A stretch of DNA of 64,000 nucleotides from Escherichia phage vB_EcoM-pEB20: the sequence record OP114733. One strand, 5' to 3'. This document shows, one piece after another, positions 1-8,619 of this stretch. The position numbers and the translations under genes were made by a program. Numbering within the stretch: the first letter of the stretch is position 1; every line of letters starts with the position of its first letter. A model generated the notes under the pieces. It saw nothing but the letters and a program-made list of their open reading frames with translations. It did not search any database and was not told the DNA's origin.

Positions 1-69
1 TACTCGTCGGGTTTCTGCTCCTAAACATGTGAACGGTGGTTTTTACGACTTACTTAAGAAGGGTTAATT

Positions 70-495
70 ATGGCTTTTAAAGGTTTTGAAGTTGGTAAGA
101 AATATCGTATTATCAAAGGTCAAGAAGATAATTTCTTGAGAATTCTTAATACGACTGGTAAACGTCTTAATACTAATCTGCATACTACTTTATTGTCCAA
201 AGATTTTATTGTGGAAGAGATGATTGGTTACGGTGTTTCGGTTATTGCTGTAGAAGCCGTAGGCGATTATGGCCGAACTATTCATAGTATGCAAGGTGAT
301 ATTCTGCTTTATGGTGCAGAATTTAAATTCTTTGAAGAAGTTCCGGAACCAGATACAGCTGTCGATTTCAAAAAAGGCTCTATAGAATTTGTTGATGGTT
401 CGGTGATCGTATCAGGCGATGTGGTCATTACAGTTAAAAGTGAACAAGGGCGTTTGGCTGCAATTGATGCACTTCAGAAAATTAAATTTAAATAA
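70..495 (+). CDS. small early protein (141 aa) directly upstream of gene 39; goF/39.x position of T4
   Basis: ORF with AAGAAGGG ribosome-binding site upstream; followed by GGGCTTCGGCCC hairpin plus T-run; assignment by position and length only. Confidence 0.55.
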   Translation: MAFKGFEVGKKYRIIKGQEDNFLRILNTTGKRLNTNLHTTLLSKDFIVEEMIGYGVSVIAVEAVGDYGRTIHSMQGDILLYGAEFKFFEEVPEPDTAVDFKKGSIEFVDGSVIVSGDVVITVKSEQGRLAAIDALQKIKFK

Positions 496-512
496 GGGCT
501 TCGGCCCTTTTT
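496..512 (+). terminator. intrinsic terminator GGGCTTCGGCCC + T-run
   Basis: GC stem with UUCG tetraloop followed by TTTTT. Confidence 0.7.
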
Positions 513-536
513 GCTTTAGATTTCGGATGATAGAAT
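509..536 (+). promoter_or_regulatory. middle-type promoter for gene 39 (MotA box TTTGCTTTA + -10 TAGAAT)
   Basis: MotA-box consensus (a/t)(a/t)TGCTT(t/c)A at 509-518, 12-bp spacer, TAGAAT at 531-536. Confidence 0.55.
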
Positions 537-558
537 ACCTTCATAACGAGGAGACAAC

Positions 559-2376
559 ATGATTAAAAATGAAATTAAGGTATTGTCAGATGTAGAACAT
601 ATTAAGAAACGTAGTGGTATGTATATTGGTTCTTCGGCTAAAGAAGCCCACGAGCGTTTTTTGTTTGGTAAATATCAACAAGTTGAATATGTTCCTGGTC
701 TGGTTAAATTAATCGATGAGATTATTGACAACTCGGTTGATGAAGCTATTCGTACATCATTTAAGTTTGCAAATAAAATTGATGTGCAAATTAAAAATAA
801 TCAAGTTTCGGTGGAAGATAACGGACGTGGTATTCCTCAAGGTTTAGTTACTGACCAAACAGGTGAACAAATTCCTGGGCCTGTAGCAGCCTGGACTATT
901 CCAAAGGCCGGTGGTAACTTTGGTGATGACTCTGAACGCAAGACTGGTGGTATGAACGGCGTCGGGAGTAGTTTAACTAATATCTTCTCTACGTTGTTTA
1001 CAGGCATCACGTCAGATGGCGAAAACGAAATCACTGTTAACTGTTCAAACGGAATGGAAAACAAATCATGGTCTTCTAAGAAATCTAAAGGTAAAGGCAC
1101 TAAAGTAATCTTCACTCCTGATTTCTCTTCATTTGAAGAGCATAATTTATCTCAAATTTATTTAGATATTACTTTAGACAGACTTCAAACATTGGCAGTC
1201 GTTTATCCTGATATCAAGTTCACATTTAATGGTAAAAAGGTTGATGGTAATTTTAAACGATTTGCTAAACAATTTGGTGAAGATAACATCATTCAAGAAA
1301 ATGATAAAGTCTCTATAGCATTCACAACATCACCAGATGGCTTCCGTCATTTAACTTATGTGAATAACATCCATACTAAAAATGGTGGTCATCATGTTGA
1401 ATGTGTGATGGATGATATCTGCGAACATCTTTTGCCCGGTATTAAAAAGAAATATAAGGGTATTGAAGTCACTAAAGCTCGTGTTAAAGAATGCCTCACA
1501 ATGTTGATGTTTATTAGAGACATGAGCAACATGCGTTTTGATTCTCAGACTAAAGAACGTTTAACGTCAACGTATGGTGATATTCGTAATCATATCCAAT
1601 TAGATGCTAAGAAAATTGCTCAGGCGCTTCTTAAAAACGAAGCCTTGATTATGCCTATTGTTGAAGCAGCATTAGCTCGTAAATTGGCAGCAGAAAAGGC
1701 TGCAGAAACTAAAGCAGCTAAAAAGGCAACTAAAGCTAAGGTTCATAAGCATATTAAAGCTAACCAATGTGGTAAAGATGCAGATACGACATTGTTTTTA
1801 ACAGAAGGTGATTCGGCAATTGGTTATCTCATTGATGTTCGTGACCGTGAACTACACGGCGGATTCCCACTACGTGGTAAGGTGATGAATAGCTGGGGTA
1901 TGTCATATGCTGATATGATGAAGAACAAAGAGCTCTTCGATATCTGTGCTATCACAGGTCTTATTCTTGGTGAAAAGGCAGAGAATACGAACTATCGTAA
2001 TATTGCAATTATGACTGATGCAGATCACGACGGCCTTGGAAGTATTTATCCGGCTTTGCTTGCTTTCTTTAGTAATTGGCCTGAATTGTTTGAACAAGGA
2101 CGTATTCGCTTTGTTAAAACGCCTGTAATTATTGCACAAATTGGCAAAACTCAAAAATGGTTTTATACTGTAGCTGAGTATGAAGAAGTTAAAGATACAC
2201 TGCCTAAGCATAGTATTAGATACATCAAGGGATTAGGCTCCCTTGAAAAGTCAGAGTATCGTGAAATGATTCAGAACCCTGTGTACGACGTAGTTAAACT
2301 TCCTGAAAATTGGAAAGAACTCTTTGAAATGTTGTTGGGTGATGATTCAGAACTTCGTAAAGAATGGATGTCCTAA
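559..2376 (+). CDS. 39: DNA topoisomerase II large subunit (GyrB-like), uninterrupted 605-aa form
   Basis: GAGGAG RBS before ATG; Toprim EGDSA motif (LFLTEGDSAIGYL); position upstream of rIIA as in T-even phages. Confidence 0.9.
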   Translation: MIKNEIKVLSDVEHIKKRSGMYIGSSAKEAHERFLFGKYQQVEYVPGLVKLIDEIIDNSVDEAIRTSFKFANKIDVQIKNNQVSVEDNGRGIPQGLVTDQTGEQIPGPVAAWTIPKAGGNFGDDSERKTGGMNGVGSSLTNIFSTLFTGITSDGENEITVNCSNGMENKSWSSKKSKGKGTKVIFTPDFSSFEEHNLSQIYLDITLDRLQTLAVVYPDIKFTFNGKKVDGNFKRFAKQFGEDNIIQENDKVSIAFTTSPDGFRHLTYVNNIHTKNGGHHVECVMDDICEHLLPGIKKKYKGIEVTKARVKECLTMLMFIRDMSNMRFDSQTKERLTSTYGDIRNHIQLDAKKIAQALLKNEALIMPIVEAALARKLAAEKAAETKAAKKATKAKVHKHIKANQCGKDADTTLFLTEGDSAIGYLIDVRDRELHGGFPLRGKVMNSWGMSYADMMKNKELFDICAITGLILGEKAENTNYRNIAIMTDADHDGLGSIYPALLAFFSNWPELFEQGRIRFVKTPVIIAQIGKTQKWFYTVAEYEEVKDTLPKHSIRYIKGLGSLEKSEYREMIQNPVYDVVKLPENWKELFEMLLGDDSELRKEWMS

Positions 2377-2399
2377 GCTCCTTCGGGAGCTTCATTTTA
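2377..2399 (+). terminator. hairpin GCTCCTTCGGGAGC after gene 39 (weak T-tract)
   Basis: UUCG-loop hairpin; downstream TTCATTTTA is not a clean T-run. Confidence 0.4.
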
Positions 2400-2418
2400 A
2401 TTTTAATAAGGCTTAATT

Positions 2419-3519
2419 ATGAAAGTTATGTTTATCCCATCTCGCGCAGTCCCATTTAACCCAGAACGTGTACAAGGTGGTCTTGAAGCAGTACATTTAA
2501 ATGTGTTGAAATATCTTGTGTCCATCGGTGCTGATATTGATTATATCGGCTTTGATAATGACACGTTTGGTGACTGGAAGGTTAATCATCATCCTGTTGG
2601 TCATCTGACTAAATTCAGTCTAGGTATGAGTTATACTATGGCTCGTAAGATTGTTGAACTAGCCGGCATTAATGAGTACGATTTCGTTGTTACAATGGAA
2701 CCGACCAAACTAACCGTTCAGGCAATTAAAGACGCGGGTCTCTCTAAAGTTCATAAGAATTTTATGGCAACACCATTTGAACCGGTATCTCGTGGCATTG
2801 TTCAAATTTGGGACCAGACTATTCAAATTCATAAGAACGGTGGTAAGAGTTATGCTCCTACTAAAGCCTTCCGTGAATTTGAACGCAAATATTGTTATAT
2901 GACTTCAGGTCTGACTGACAAAATTGATTATGATTATTGGCGAGCAAATCCGTTGTTTGAAGCCGAAGATTATCCGGTTATTTGTTTGAATGATAAACCT
3001 GAAGTTCTTCCGGCGACTGATCTGATTATTAGTGCACAACGTTATGACACTAAAATGCGTCGTACTGATGTTGCTCTTGAAGCGATTAAAGCACTAGGCG
3101 AAAATGGTGTAGGATACTGTCCTAGTAAATGGGCACCACCGGCTAAGTATCCTGTTATTATTGATGCTCCACACAGTGAAATCATGGAACGTCTTAAAAC
3201 AGCTAAAGCACTTATCAATACGTGTCCTGACACGGGTACGGTAGAGAATAGTTCTATTGAAGCCATCTCTAAAGGTGTCCCTGTGATTCAGTTAGTTTTT
3301 AAGGATTATCCTCATGCGACATTCGAATACGACCCAGATACTATGCGTGTAGAAATTGATTCCTCTACTCCTAAGAAAGAAGTAGTTGCGCTTTACACAA
3401 AAGCTGTATTAGAATTCACTGACACATACGAAGCTCGAGTTAAACGTGCTGAAGCAGTATGGAAGAAGTATAACCGAGATGCAGTTGTTGGGATGTGGGA
3501 TAAAATCTTCACAGCGTAA
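2419..3519 (+). CDS. GT-B-like glycosyltransferase candidate (possible hmC-DNA sugar transferase)
   Basis: 366-aa ORF; MKVMFIPS N-terminus and C-terminal TVENSSIEAISKGVPVIQ resembling the nucleotide-sugar-binding motif of GT4-type enzymes; sits where T4 has gene 60/mobA; fold assignment is by eye. Confidence 0.5.
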   Translation: MKVMFIPSRAVPFNPERVQGGLEAVHLNVLKYLVSIGADIDYIGFDNDTFGDWKVNHHPVGHLTKFSLGMSYTMARKIVELAGINEYDFVVTMEPTKLTVQAIKDAGLSKVHKNFMATPFEPVSRGIVQIWDQTIQIHKNGGKSYAPTKAFREFERKYCYMTSGLTDKIDYDYWRANPLFEAEDYPVICLNDKPEVLPATDLIISAQRYDTKMRRTDVALEAIKALGENGVGYCPSKWAPPAKYPVIIDAPHSEIMERLKTAKALINTCPDTGTVENSSIEAISKGVPVIQLVFKDYPHATFEYDPDTMRVEIDSSTPKKEVVALYTKAVLEFTDTYEARVKRAEAVWKKYNRDAVVGMWDKIFTA

Positions 3520-3611
3520 ATCCTGAATCGCCTGAGGCACTATTACACATAAGATGATAGATTATATGGTCTTTAGTAATAGTGCCCTAGGAATCTACTG
3601 AAGAGAATATT

Positions 3612-3812
3612 ATGAGAACATATAACGTGGACTTGGAACTTTTTGATAAAGCAGTGCTCCGGGAATTCCGGCTTATCCAAAGATTTTTTGATATCGAGTC
3701 AGCAGAGTCCTTTAAAGAACGCTTTAAAGAAATTCGATATAAAATACAAACCGATACAGCTACTAAAGAAGAACTTCTTGAAGTAGCAGAAATTTTTAAA
3801 CGTAACTTGTGA
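3612..3812 (+). CDS. small protein at the rIIA.1 position
   Basis: 66-aa ORF ending 12 nt before rIIA start. Confidence 0.5.
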   Translation: MRTYNVDLELFDKAVLREFRLIQRFFDIESAESFKERFKEIRYKIQTDTATKEELLEVAEIFKRNL

Positions 3813-3824
3813 TGAGAGAAAAAT

Positions 3825-6038
3825 ATGATTATTGAAACGGCTAAAGAAACGATTATTGGTTCTGGTGGTAAAAGCACAGCATTTACTATTCAAGGCAATA
3901 GCAAAGTTTATAAGATTTTGTCTAATGACCTTTATACAAACAAAGAATTGGCTTGTGTACGTGAATTAATCACAAACTGTATCGATGGACAAATTCTTAA
4001 TGGTTGCACTGATAAGTTTATTGTTCAGGCACCAGGTCGTTTAGACCCACGTTTTGTAGTTCGAGACTTTGGTCCTGGTATGAGTGATTTCACCATTCGA
4101 GGTAATGATGAAGAGCCAGGAATCTATAACTCATATTTTGCTTCAACTAAAACATCGAGTAACGATTTCATTGGTGGATTCGGACTCGGTTCTAAAGCTC
4201 CACTAGCATATACCGATACGTTTAACCTTACGTCTTATCACAACGGTGAAGTTCGTGGTTACGTAATCTACCAAGATGACACAGGTCCACAGATTAAGCC
4301 AACCTTCGTAGATAAGATGGGTCCTGATGACCGGACCGGCGTTGAAGTAGTTGTGCCTGTTAACCCAGAGGATTTTGAAAAGTTCGCATCCGAAATTGCT
4401 TATGTTATGCGTCCTCTAGGTGATATTGCAGAAGTTCGTGGTGTTAAAGATATCAAATACTTCCCGGAATTCGATGATGTTTATTTAGCCAAGGAAGCTC
4501 CATGGGGTGAACGTGGTAATATCATGGCTGTTTATGGTGGTATTGTATATCCAATTGGAAGTGTTATTAAAGAACAAACATGGATGATGACGCGATGCAC
4601 TACAGCTTATATTAAATTCCCTATGGGTGAACTAGATGTAGCCCCGTCTCGTGAAGCATTATCATTTGATAAACGTACAGTAGCAAATATCCATAAACGT
4701 GTTGCAGAAATCGATGCTAAATTGTTCGCTGAAGATTCTAAGAAATGGATTGATTGTAAATACCCGCGTCATGTGTTCCGTGAAATTGATTCTCTTGGCT
4801 ATACCGCTCGTAAATACATGGAAAAGGCTGGGTCTAATATTGAATCACTGAAATATTCTAAAGAACAACTAACTTATTCTGAGTTGTACAAACGTTTTAA
4901 AATGGGACCTGAATGGTGTAATCTTGGCATCGTATACGATATCGTTGAATCCCCTCGTCTTCGTCGTATTCGTGAAAGCGGTAGCTCAACGGCAACCATT
5001 TCAATTAACAGTCTGATTGGCATTAACATTAAAAATGTTGAAATTGTTATTGACGACGTTAAGGGACGCGTTCCATTAATGCGAGCTCTTAATTCAATTG
5101 AAATGTCTAAAGACGAGGTTAAATTAACTGGTAAAGTTCCACGCGGTTTTGGTAAAAGTGTACTATTCGTTGACCCTACAGACGAAGATGCAATGAAACT
5201 TCTGGAACGCCTTAAAGTTATCTTTGATGGCGACAACATTAACATGTACAAGACTTCAGAGCTTTTACAAATCGTTAAGCCATGGATTGAAGTCAGGAAA
5301 CGGACTAATGAGCCTCGTCCTAAATCGCCAAGTGCTCATCGATTCTTTAAGAATGAAAATGACGTTTGGGTATCAGAAGACCTCTTTATTCCGGCAAGTG
5401 AAGCAGATGAAATCCAAGGTTATGCTATAGTTCGTAATCGTTCTAATGCTGAATGTCTTGACTCAGATAAAGGTTGGTTGAACTATGACTCCAATTTCTT
5501 GACCCGTATTGCTGATTTGTCAGGTATTAAAGAGTTCACTGTAGTTCGTCCACAGATTGCTAAGAAAGTTCGTAAACTTGGTGAAGTAGAATGCTTGTTC
5601 GAAAAATCAATTAACGACTATATTACGCTAATCGATAAAGTGGATTATGATGAGTATGTATCACCAAGTCGTAGAGCACAGCCTTATTTGAATCATATTA
5701 CTCGTAATGAAGAGCTTAACTTCCTTAGTAAGTATTTTAGCTCTAAGAACAAAGAAATCAGTAAAGACTTTGCAAAACTCTCAACAGTAAATAATCGTTG
5801 GGGATGGAATCGATTCGCAGGTGCTACTAATACAGACCTGAATAAGAAGTTAGAATTGTGTGCTAAAATTTTCGATAAGCTTAAAGATAATGCTTACGAT
5901 AATGATGATAAAATGGTTATTGAATTTGAAACCAATTATCATATTGTGTCAGAATACATGGGACGACGTGGTACTCTTTCCAAAGAACAGGTCGCTCAAA
6001 TCGTTAAATTCATGAAGGCCGTGGAAGCGGCCAAATAA
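3825..6038 (+). CDS. rIIA: rIIA membrane-associated protein
   Basis: 737-aa ORF; N-terminus MIIETAKETIIGSGGKS matches recalled T4 rIIA; followed directly by rIIB. Confidence 0.92.
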   Translation: MIIETAKETIIGSGGKSTAFTIQGNSKVYKILSNDLYTNKELACVRELITNCIDGQILNGCTDKFIVQAPGRLDPRFVVRDFGPGMSDFTIRGNDEEPGIYNSYFASTKTSSNDFIGGFGLGSKAPLAYTDTFNLTSYHNGEVRGYVIYQDDTGPQIKPTFVDKMGPDDRTGVEVVVPVNPEDFEKFASEIAYVMRPLGDIAEVRGVKDIKYFPEFDDVYLAKEAPWGERGNIMAVYGGIVYPIGSVIKEQTWMMTRCTTAYIKFPMGELDVAPSREALSFDKRTVANIHKRVAEIDAKLFAEDSKKWIDCKYPRHVFREIDSLGYTARKYMEKAGSNIESLKYSKEQLTYSELYKRFKMGPEWCNLGIVYDIVESPRLRRIRESGSSTATISINSLIGINIKNVEIVIDDVKGRVPLMRALNSIEMSKDEVKLTGKVPRGFGKSVLFVDPTDEDAMKLLERLKVIFDGDNINMYKTSELLQIVKPWIEVRKRTNEPRPKSPSAHRFFKNENDVWVSEDLFIPASEADEIQGYAIVRNRSNAECLDSDKGWLNYDSNFLTRIADLSGIKEFTVVRPQIAKKVRKLGEVECLFEKSINDYITLIDKVDYDEYVSPSRRAQPYLNHITRNEELNFLSKYFSSKNKEISKDFAKLSTVNNRWGWNRFAGATNTDLNKKLELCAKIFDKLKDNAYDNDDKMVIEFETNYHIVSEYMGRRGTLSKEQVAQIVKFMKAVEAAK

Positions 6039-6047
6039 GGAAACATT

Positions 6048-6983
6048 ATGTACAATATCAAATGCTTGTCCCAAGAAGAACAGTTAGAAGCTTACGATCT
6101 GGTTGAATCAGGCAAATGGACTCGTAAAGAAATTGCCGATTACTTCGACATTTCAACAGATACTCTTCGTAAGATTGTTAAGAATTTTAAAGCTGAAGAG
6201 AAAGCAGCTGAATTTGAAGACGAAGAACAAGTCCCAGAAAATAATGAACCTATTATTACCGGTCATCGCCCAGAAATCGTATGGAACGCGTCATCTAAAT
6301 TTATTTCAATCATTGAAGGACGCGTAGCATACAATGCGACCCCATCAAGTCATGCAAATTTTGAAGAAATTAAAGCTAATTTGGTCGCAGGAAACCTTAG
6401 TAAAGCTGTCGAACTTATTAACATCAAGAAAGCTATTACTAAGTTTGTTGACGGTAATGTTACTATTGAAGGTGGTAGTTTATTTTATCAAGGTATAGAA
6501 ATTCGTTCAGGACTGGTTAATCGTATTATTGATTCCATGGAAAAAGGCGAAGACTTTAAATTCTATCTGCCGTTCCTTGAAAACCTGTTAGAAAACCCAA
6601 GCGAAAAAGCTGTACAACGTTTATTCGACTTCTTGGTTGCAAACGATATTGAAATCACTGAAGACGGGCATTTCTATGCGTGGAAAGTAGTTCGTAAAGA
6701 CTATTTAGATTGCTATAGCGGCACATTTGATAACTCGCCTGGTAAAGTTGTTTCAATGCCTCGTACTCGTGTTAACGATGATGATACACAAACTTGTTCC
6801 CGTGGTCTACATGTTTGTGCTAAATCATATATTCGTTACTTTGGTTCTAGCTCAGATAAAGTTGTTAAGGTTAAAGTTCATCCACGTGATGTTGTATCCA
6901 TCCCGGTTGACTATGGCGATGCTAAGATGCGTACTTGTCGTTATGAAGTAATTTCAGACGTTACTGAATTATTTGTAGAATAA
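6048..6983 (+). CDS. rIIB: rIIB protein
   Basis: 311-aa ORF immediately after rIIA; followed by GGGGACTTCGGTCCCC-T5 terminator. Confidence 0.85.
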   Translation: MYNIKCLSQEEQLEAYDLVESGKWTRKEIADYFDISTDTLRKIVKNFKAEEKAAEFEDEEQVPENNEPIITGHRPEIVWNASSKFISIIEGRVAYNATPSSHANFEEIKANLVAGNLSKAVELINIKKAITKFVDGNVTIEGGSLFYQGIEIRSGLVNRIIDSMEKGEDFKFYLPFLENLLENPSEKAVQRLFDFLVANDIEITEDGHFYAWKVVRKDYLDCYSGTFDNSPGKVVSMPRTRVNDDDTQTCSRGLHVCAKSYIRYFGSSSDKVVKVKVHPRDVVSIPVDYGDAKMRTCRYEVISDVTELFVE

Positions 6984-6988
6984 TAATT

Positions 6989-7009
6989 GGGGACTTCGGT
7001 CCCCTTTTT
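6989..7009 (+). terminator. intrinsic terminator GGGGACTTCGGTCCCC + T5 after rIIB
   Basis: perfect 6-bp GC stem, UUCG loop, T-run. Confidence 0.8.
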
Positions 7010-7023
7010 CTTTAGGGGTAATT

Positions 7024-7311
7024 ATGATTCATCCATTTGACGTATCAGAATCCAAAATTGCTAATCTTCGTGGTCATCATAAGTGTAAATCAGTTTATTG
7101 TGTTAAATTGGTAAAACATCCTGGCGATGCACACTACGGCTGGTTAGAATGTGACGAAGTTGTTATTGAAATCCCACCGGTGGATGCAGAATATCTTGAA
7201 GAAGGTGACCGCATTTATTTTGGCGAACTACACATCAGAGGTATCTATGGTAAAGACGAACTTGGGACTGTTGAGGCTGAAGAGTCTTCCGACATTTATC
7301 CTGTCGAATGA
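7024..7311 (+). CDS. hypothetical protein (95 aa) between rIIB and denB
   Basis: ORF-track ORF; overlaps the preferred denB start by 65 nt. Confidence 0.45.
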   Translation: MIHPFDVSESKIANLRGHHKCKSVYCVKLVKHPGDAHYGWLECDEVVIEIPPVDAEYLEEGDRIYFGELHIRGIYGKDELGTVEAEESSDIYPVE

Positions 7312-7804
7312 GTTTTTGACTAGCGAAATGAAGGTTAAGATCGCTGATACTGCTCGGTACTCGTTGAAACAAGATCCAGGTCAAATAAAAGAAGACGTTG
7401 TTCGACGTTGTAAGGTCGCAGTCTTTGCAGAGTATGTAGTAGCAAATTGGCTAGACGGATATGTTAATAAAGGTAATGAAGACGTAGAAGACCCGTACAC
7501 GTATGCATGGGACGTTTTAGCTCATCCTAAGTACTGTGGTCTACGCGTAGAAGTAAAGACCCATCAGATGGATTCGAAATGGATTTCGGTTACCACAGGA
7601 TACGGTGGTGATTATCCGGGTGGTAATGGAATCAATATAGGGCCCTTCTTGAATCATCGAGTCGCAGATTGCATTATTATATTAGATGTCAAAGAAACCT
7701 CACCTGACGTCTTCTCTTATTCTATAAAGTTCGTGGGAGATCATGAAGACCTAAAGAAAATCGTCCGCAAGAGCAACTACAACGGGTGGTATCTTCATCT
7801 TTAA
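7247..7804 (+). CDS. denB: endonuclease IV (denB)
   Basis: Conserved core EMKVKIADTARYSLKQDPGQIKEDVVRRC...NYNGWYLHL matches recalled T4 EndoIV; start placed at ATG 7247 (AGAGG RBS 5 nt upstream) giving 185 aa, the T4 length; ORF track begins at 7151. Confidence 0.75.
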   Translation: MVKTNLGLLRLKSLPTFILSNEFLTSEMKVKIADTARYSLKQDPGQIKEDVVRRCKVAVFAEYVVANWLDGYVNKGNEDVEDPYTYAWDVLAHPKYCGLRVEVKTHQMDSKWISVTTGYGGDYPGGNGINIGPFLNHRVADCIIILDVKETSPDVFSYSIKFVGDHEDLKKIVRKSNYNGWYLHL

Positions 7805-7816
7805 TTTCATAAAAGT

Positions 7817-7846
7817 GTTTACAACTAAGTAGGACTATGATATAGT
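7817..7846 (+). promoter_or_regulatory. early sigma70-type promoter (GTTTAC-N18-TATAGT)
   Basis: T4 early promoter consensus; 7-bp inverted repeat AGGACTA/TAGTCCT (7831-7837 / 7846-7852) brackets the -10. Confidence 0.6.
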
Positions 7847-7872
7847 AGTCCTATCTAAAAGAGGATAACATC

Positions 7873-8136
7873 ATGAAATTTAAATTTTTCTACGCAAAAC
7901 ATAAAGTAACAGGCGAATTTGTTTCAATGTACAACACCGCAGATGACGAAGGGATGATTTATACCCATTTGGGACTATCTCATTGGGACTCAGACGTGCC
8001 TTATATGTCATCTGAAGCCGAAATAACTCGTTTAGTTAATGGACATATGAACGACCATTTTGGTGTTATTCTTTCTAAAGACCTTAAAGAGGTTATCAAC
8101 AAAGGATATATGGAACTCGCGGAAGTTGAGATATGA
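7873..8136 (+). CDS. hypothetical protein (87 aa)
   Basis: ORF with AGAGGA RBS, preceded by early promoter at 7817-7846. Confidence 0.55.
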   Translation: MKFKFFYAKHKVTGEFVSMYNTADDEGMIYTHLGLSHWDSDVPYMSSEAEITRLVNGHMNDHFGVILSKDLKEVINKGYMELAEVEI

Positions 8137-8219
8137 GCTCTAAAATGTGGATAGGAATATGGTTGCTTAGTATCCCAATGATTTGTATAATATTTTCAAT
8201 TGTGTTGAGGTACTTATGA
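8133..8219 (+). CDS. small hydrophobic peptide (28 aa)
   Basis: ATGA overlap with upstream stop; MSSKMWIGIWLLSIPMICIIFSIVLRYL is a single predicted TM helix; below ORF-track size cutoff. Confidence 0.3.
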   Translation: MSSKMWIGIWLLSIPMICIIFSIVLRYL

Positions 8220-8326
8220 AAAATGCACTTCTTATTGTACTAAGAACAATTTGTGATACGGGTTTTTACATTGCATGTTCGTTCACTGGAACATGGTTGG
8301 CTTTAACATATTTTAATGTAATTTAA
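8216..8326 (+). CDS. small hydrophobic peptide (36 aa)
   Basis: ATGA overlap with previous small ORF; hydrophobic sequence MKNALLIVLRTICDTGFYIACSFTGTWLALTYFNVI. Confidence 0.3.
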   Translation: MKNALLIVLRTICDTGFYIACSFTGTWLALTYFNVI

Positions 8327-8328
8327 TT

Positions 8329-8358
8329 GTTTACATCACGGTAGGATTATGGTATAGT
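8329..8358 (+). promoter_or_regulatory. early promoter (GTTTAC-N18-TATAGT)
   Basis: consensus match; inverted repeat GTAGGA/TCCTAC flanks the -10. Confidence 0.6.
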
Positions 8359-8386
8359 AGTCCTACTGAAACATGAGGAACACAAA

Positions 8387-8587
8387 ATGGCTAAGCTTTT
8401 TAAAGATGTTGAAATTGGTGAAAAATTTGTTCTGAATAATGGTCAGCAGCTTATTCGTGTAGCTTCTATAGCCGGACAAACTCATAACTGTATCGCCCCA
8501 ACGTGTTGGACTCGATTCTTTATTGAAGATGACACTGAATGTTTAACTGTTGAAGAGCTTTTTGAACGTTCTGATATGGCCGAATAA
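8387..8587 (+). CDS. hypothetical protein (66 aa)
   Basis: ORF with GAGGAA RBS; preceded by early promoter 8329-8358. Confidence 0.5.
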   Translation: MAKLFKDVEIGEKFVLNNGQQLIRVASIAGQTHNCIAPTCWTRFFIEDDTECLTVEELFERSDMAE

Positions 8588-8589
8588 AA

Positions 8590-8619
8590 TTGTACAAACT
8601 CTTGAGAGCAGAGTATAAT
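8590..8619 (+). promoter_or_regulatory. early promoter upstream of ndd (TTGTAC-N18-TATAAT)
   Basis: consensus match; 8-bp inverted repeat TGAGAGCA/TGCTCTCA (8603-8610 / 8620-8627) brackets the -10. Confidence 0.6.

Noticed and set aside
1-24. Partial CDS ending at TAA 22-24 at the window edge
   Set aside because: Only 7 codons are visible, too little to call; it may be the end of the upstream early gene.
837-2211. Minus-strand ORFs (837-1115, 1903-2211) inside gene 39
   Set aside because: Antisense to a well-supported conserved gene, no RBS, typical spurious frames.
7151-7246. Long 217-aa version of denB starting at 7151
   Set aside because: The extension overlaps the 95-aa upstream ORF in another frame and lacks an RBS; ATG 7247 gives the T4 length (185 aa) with an AGAGG RBS.
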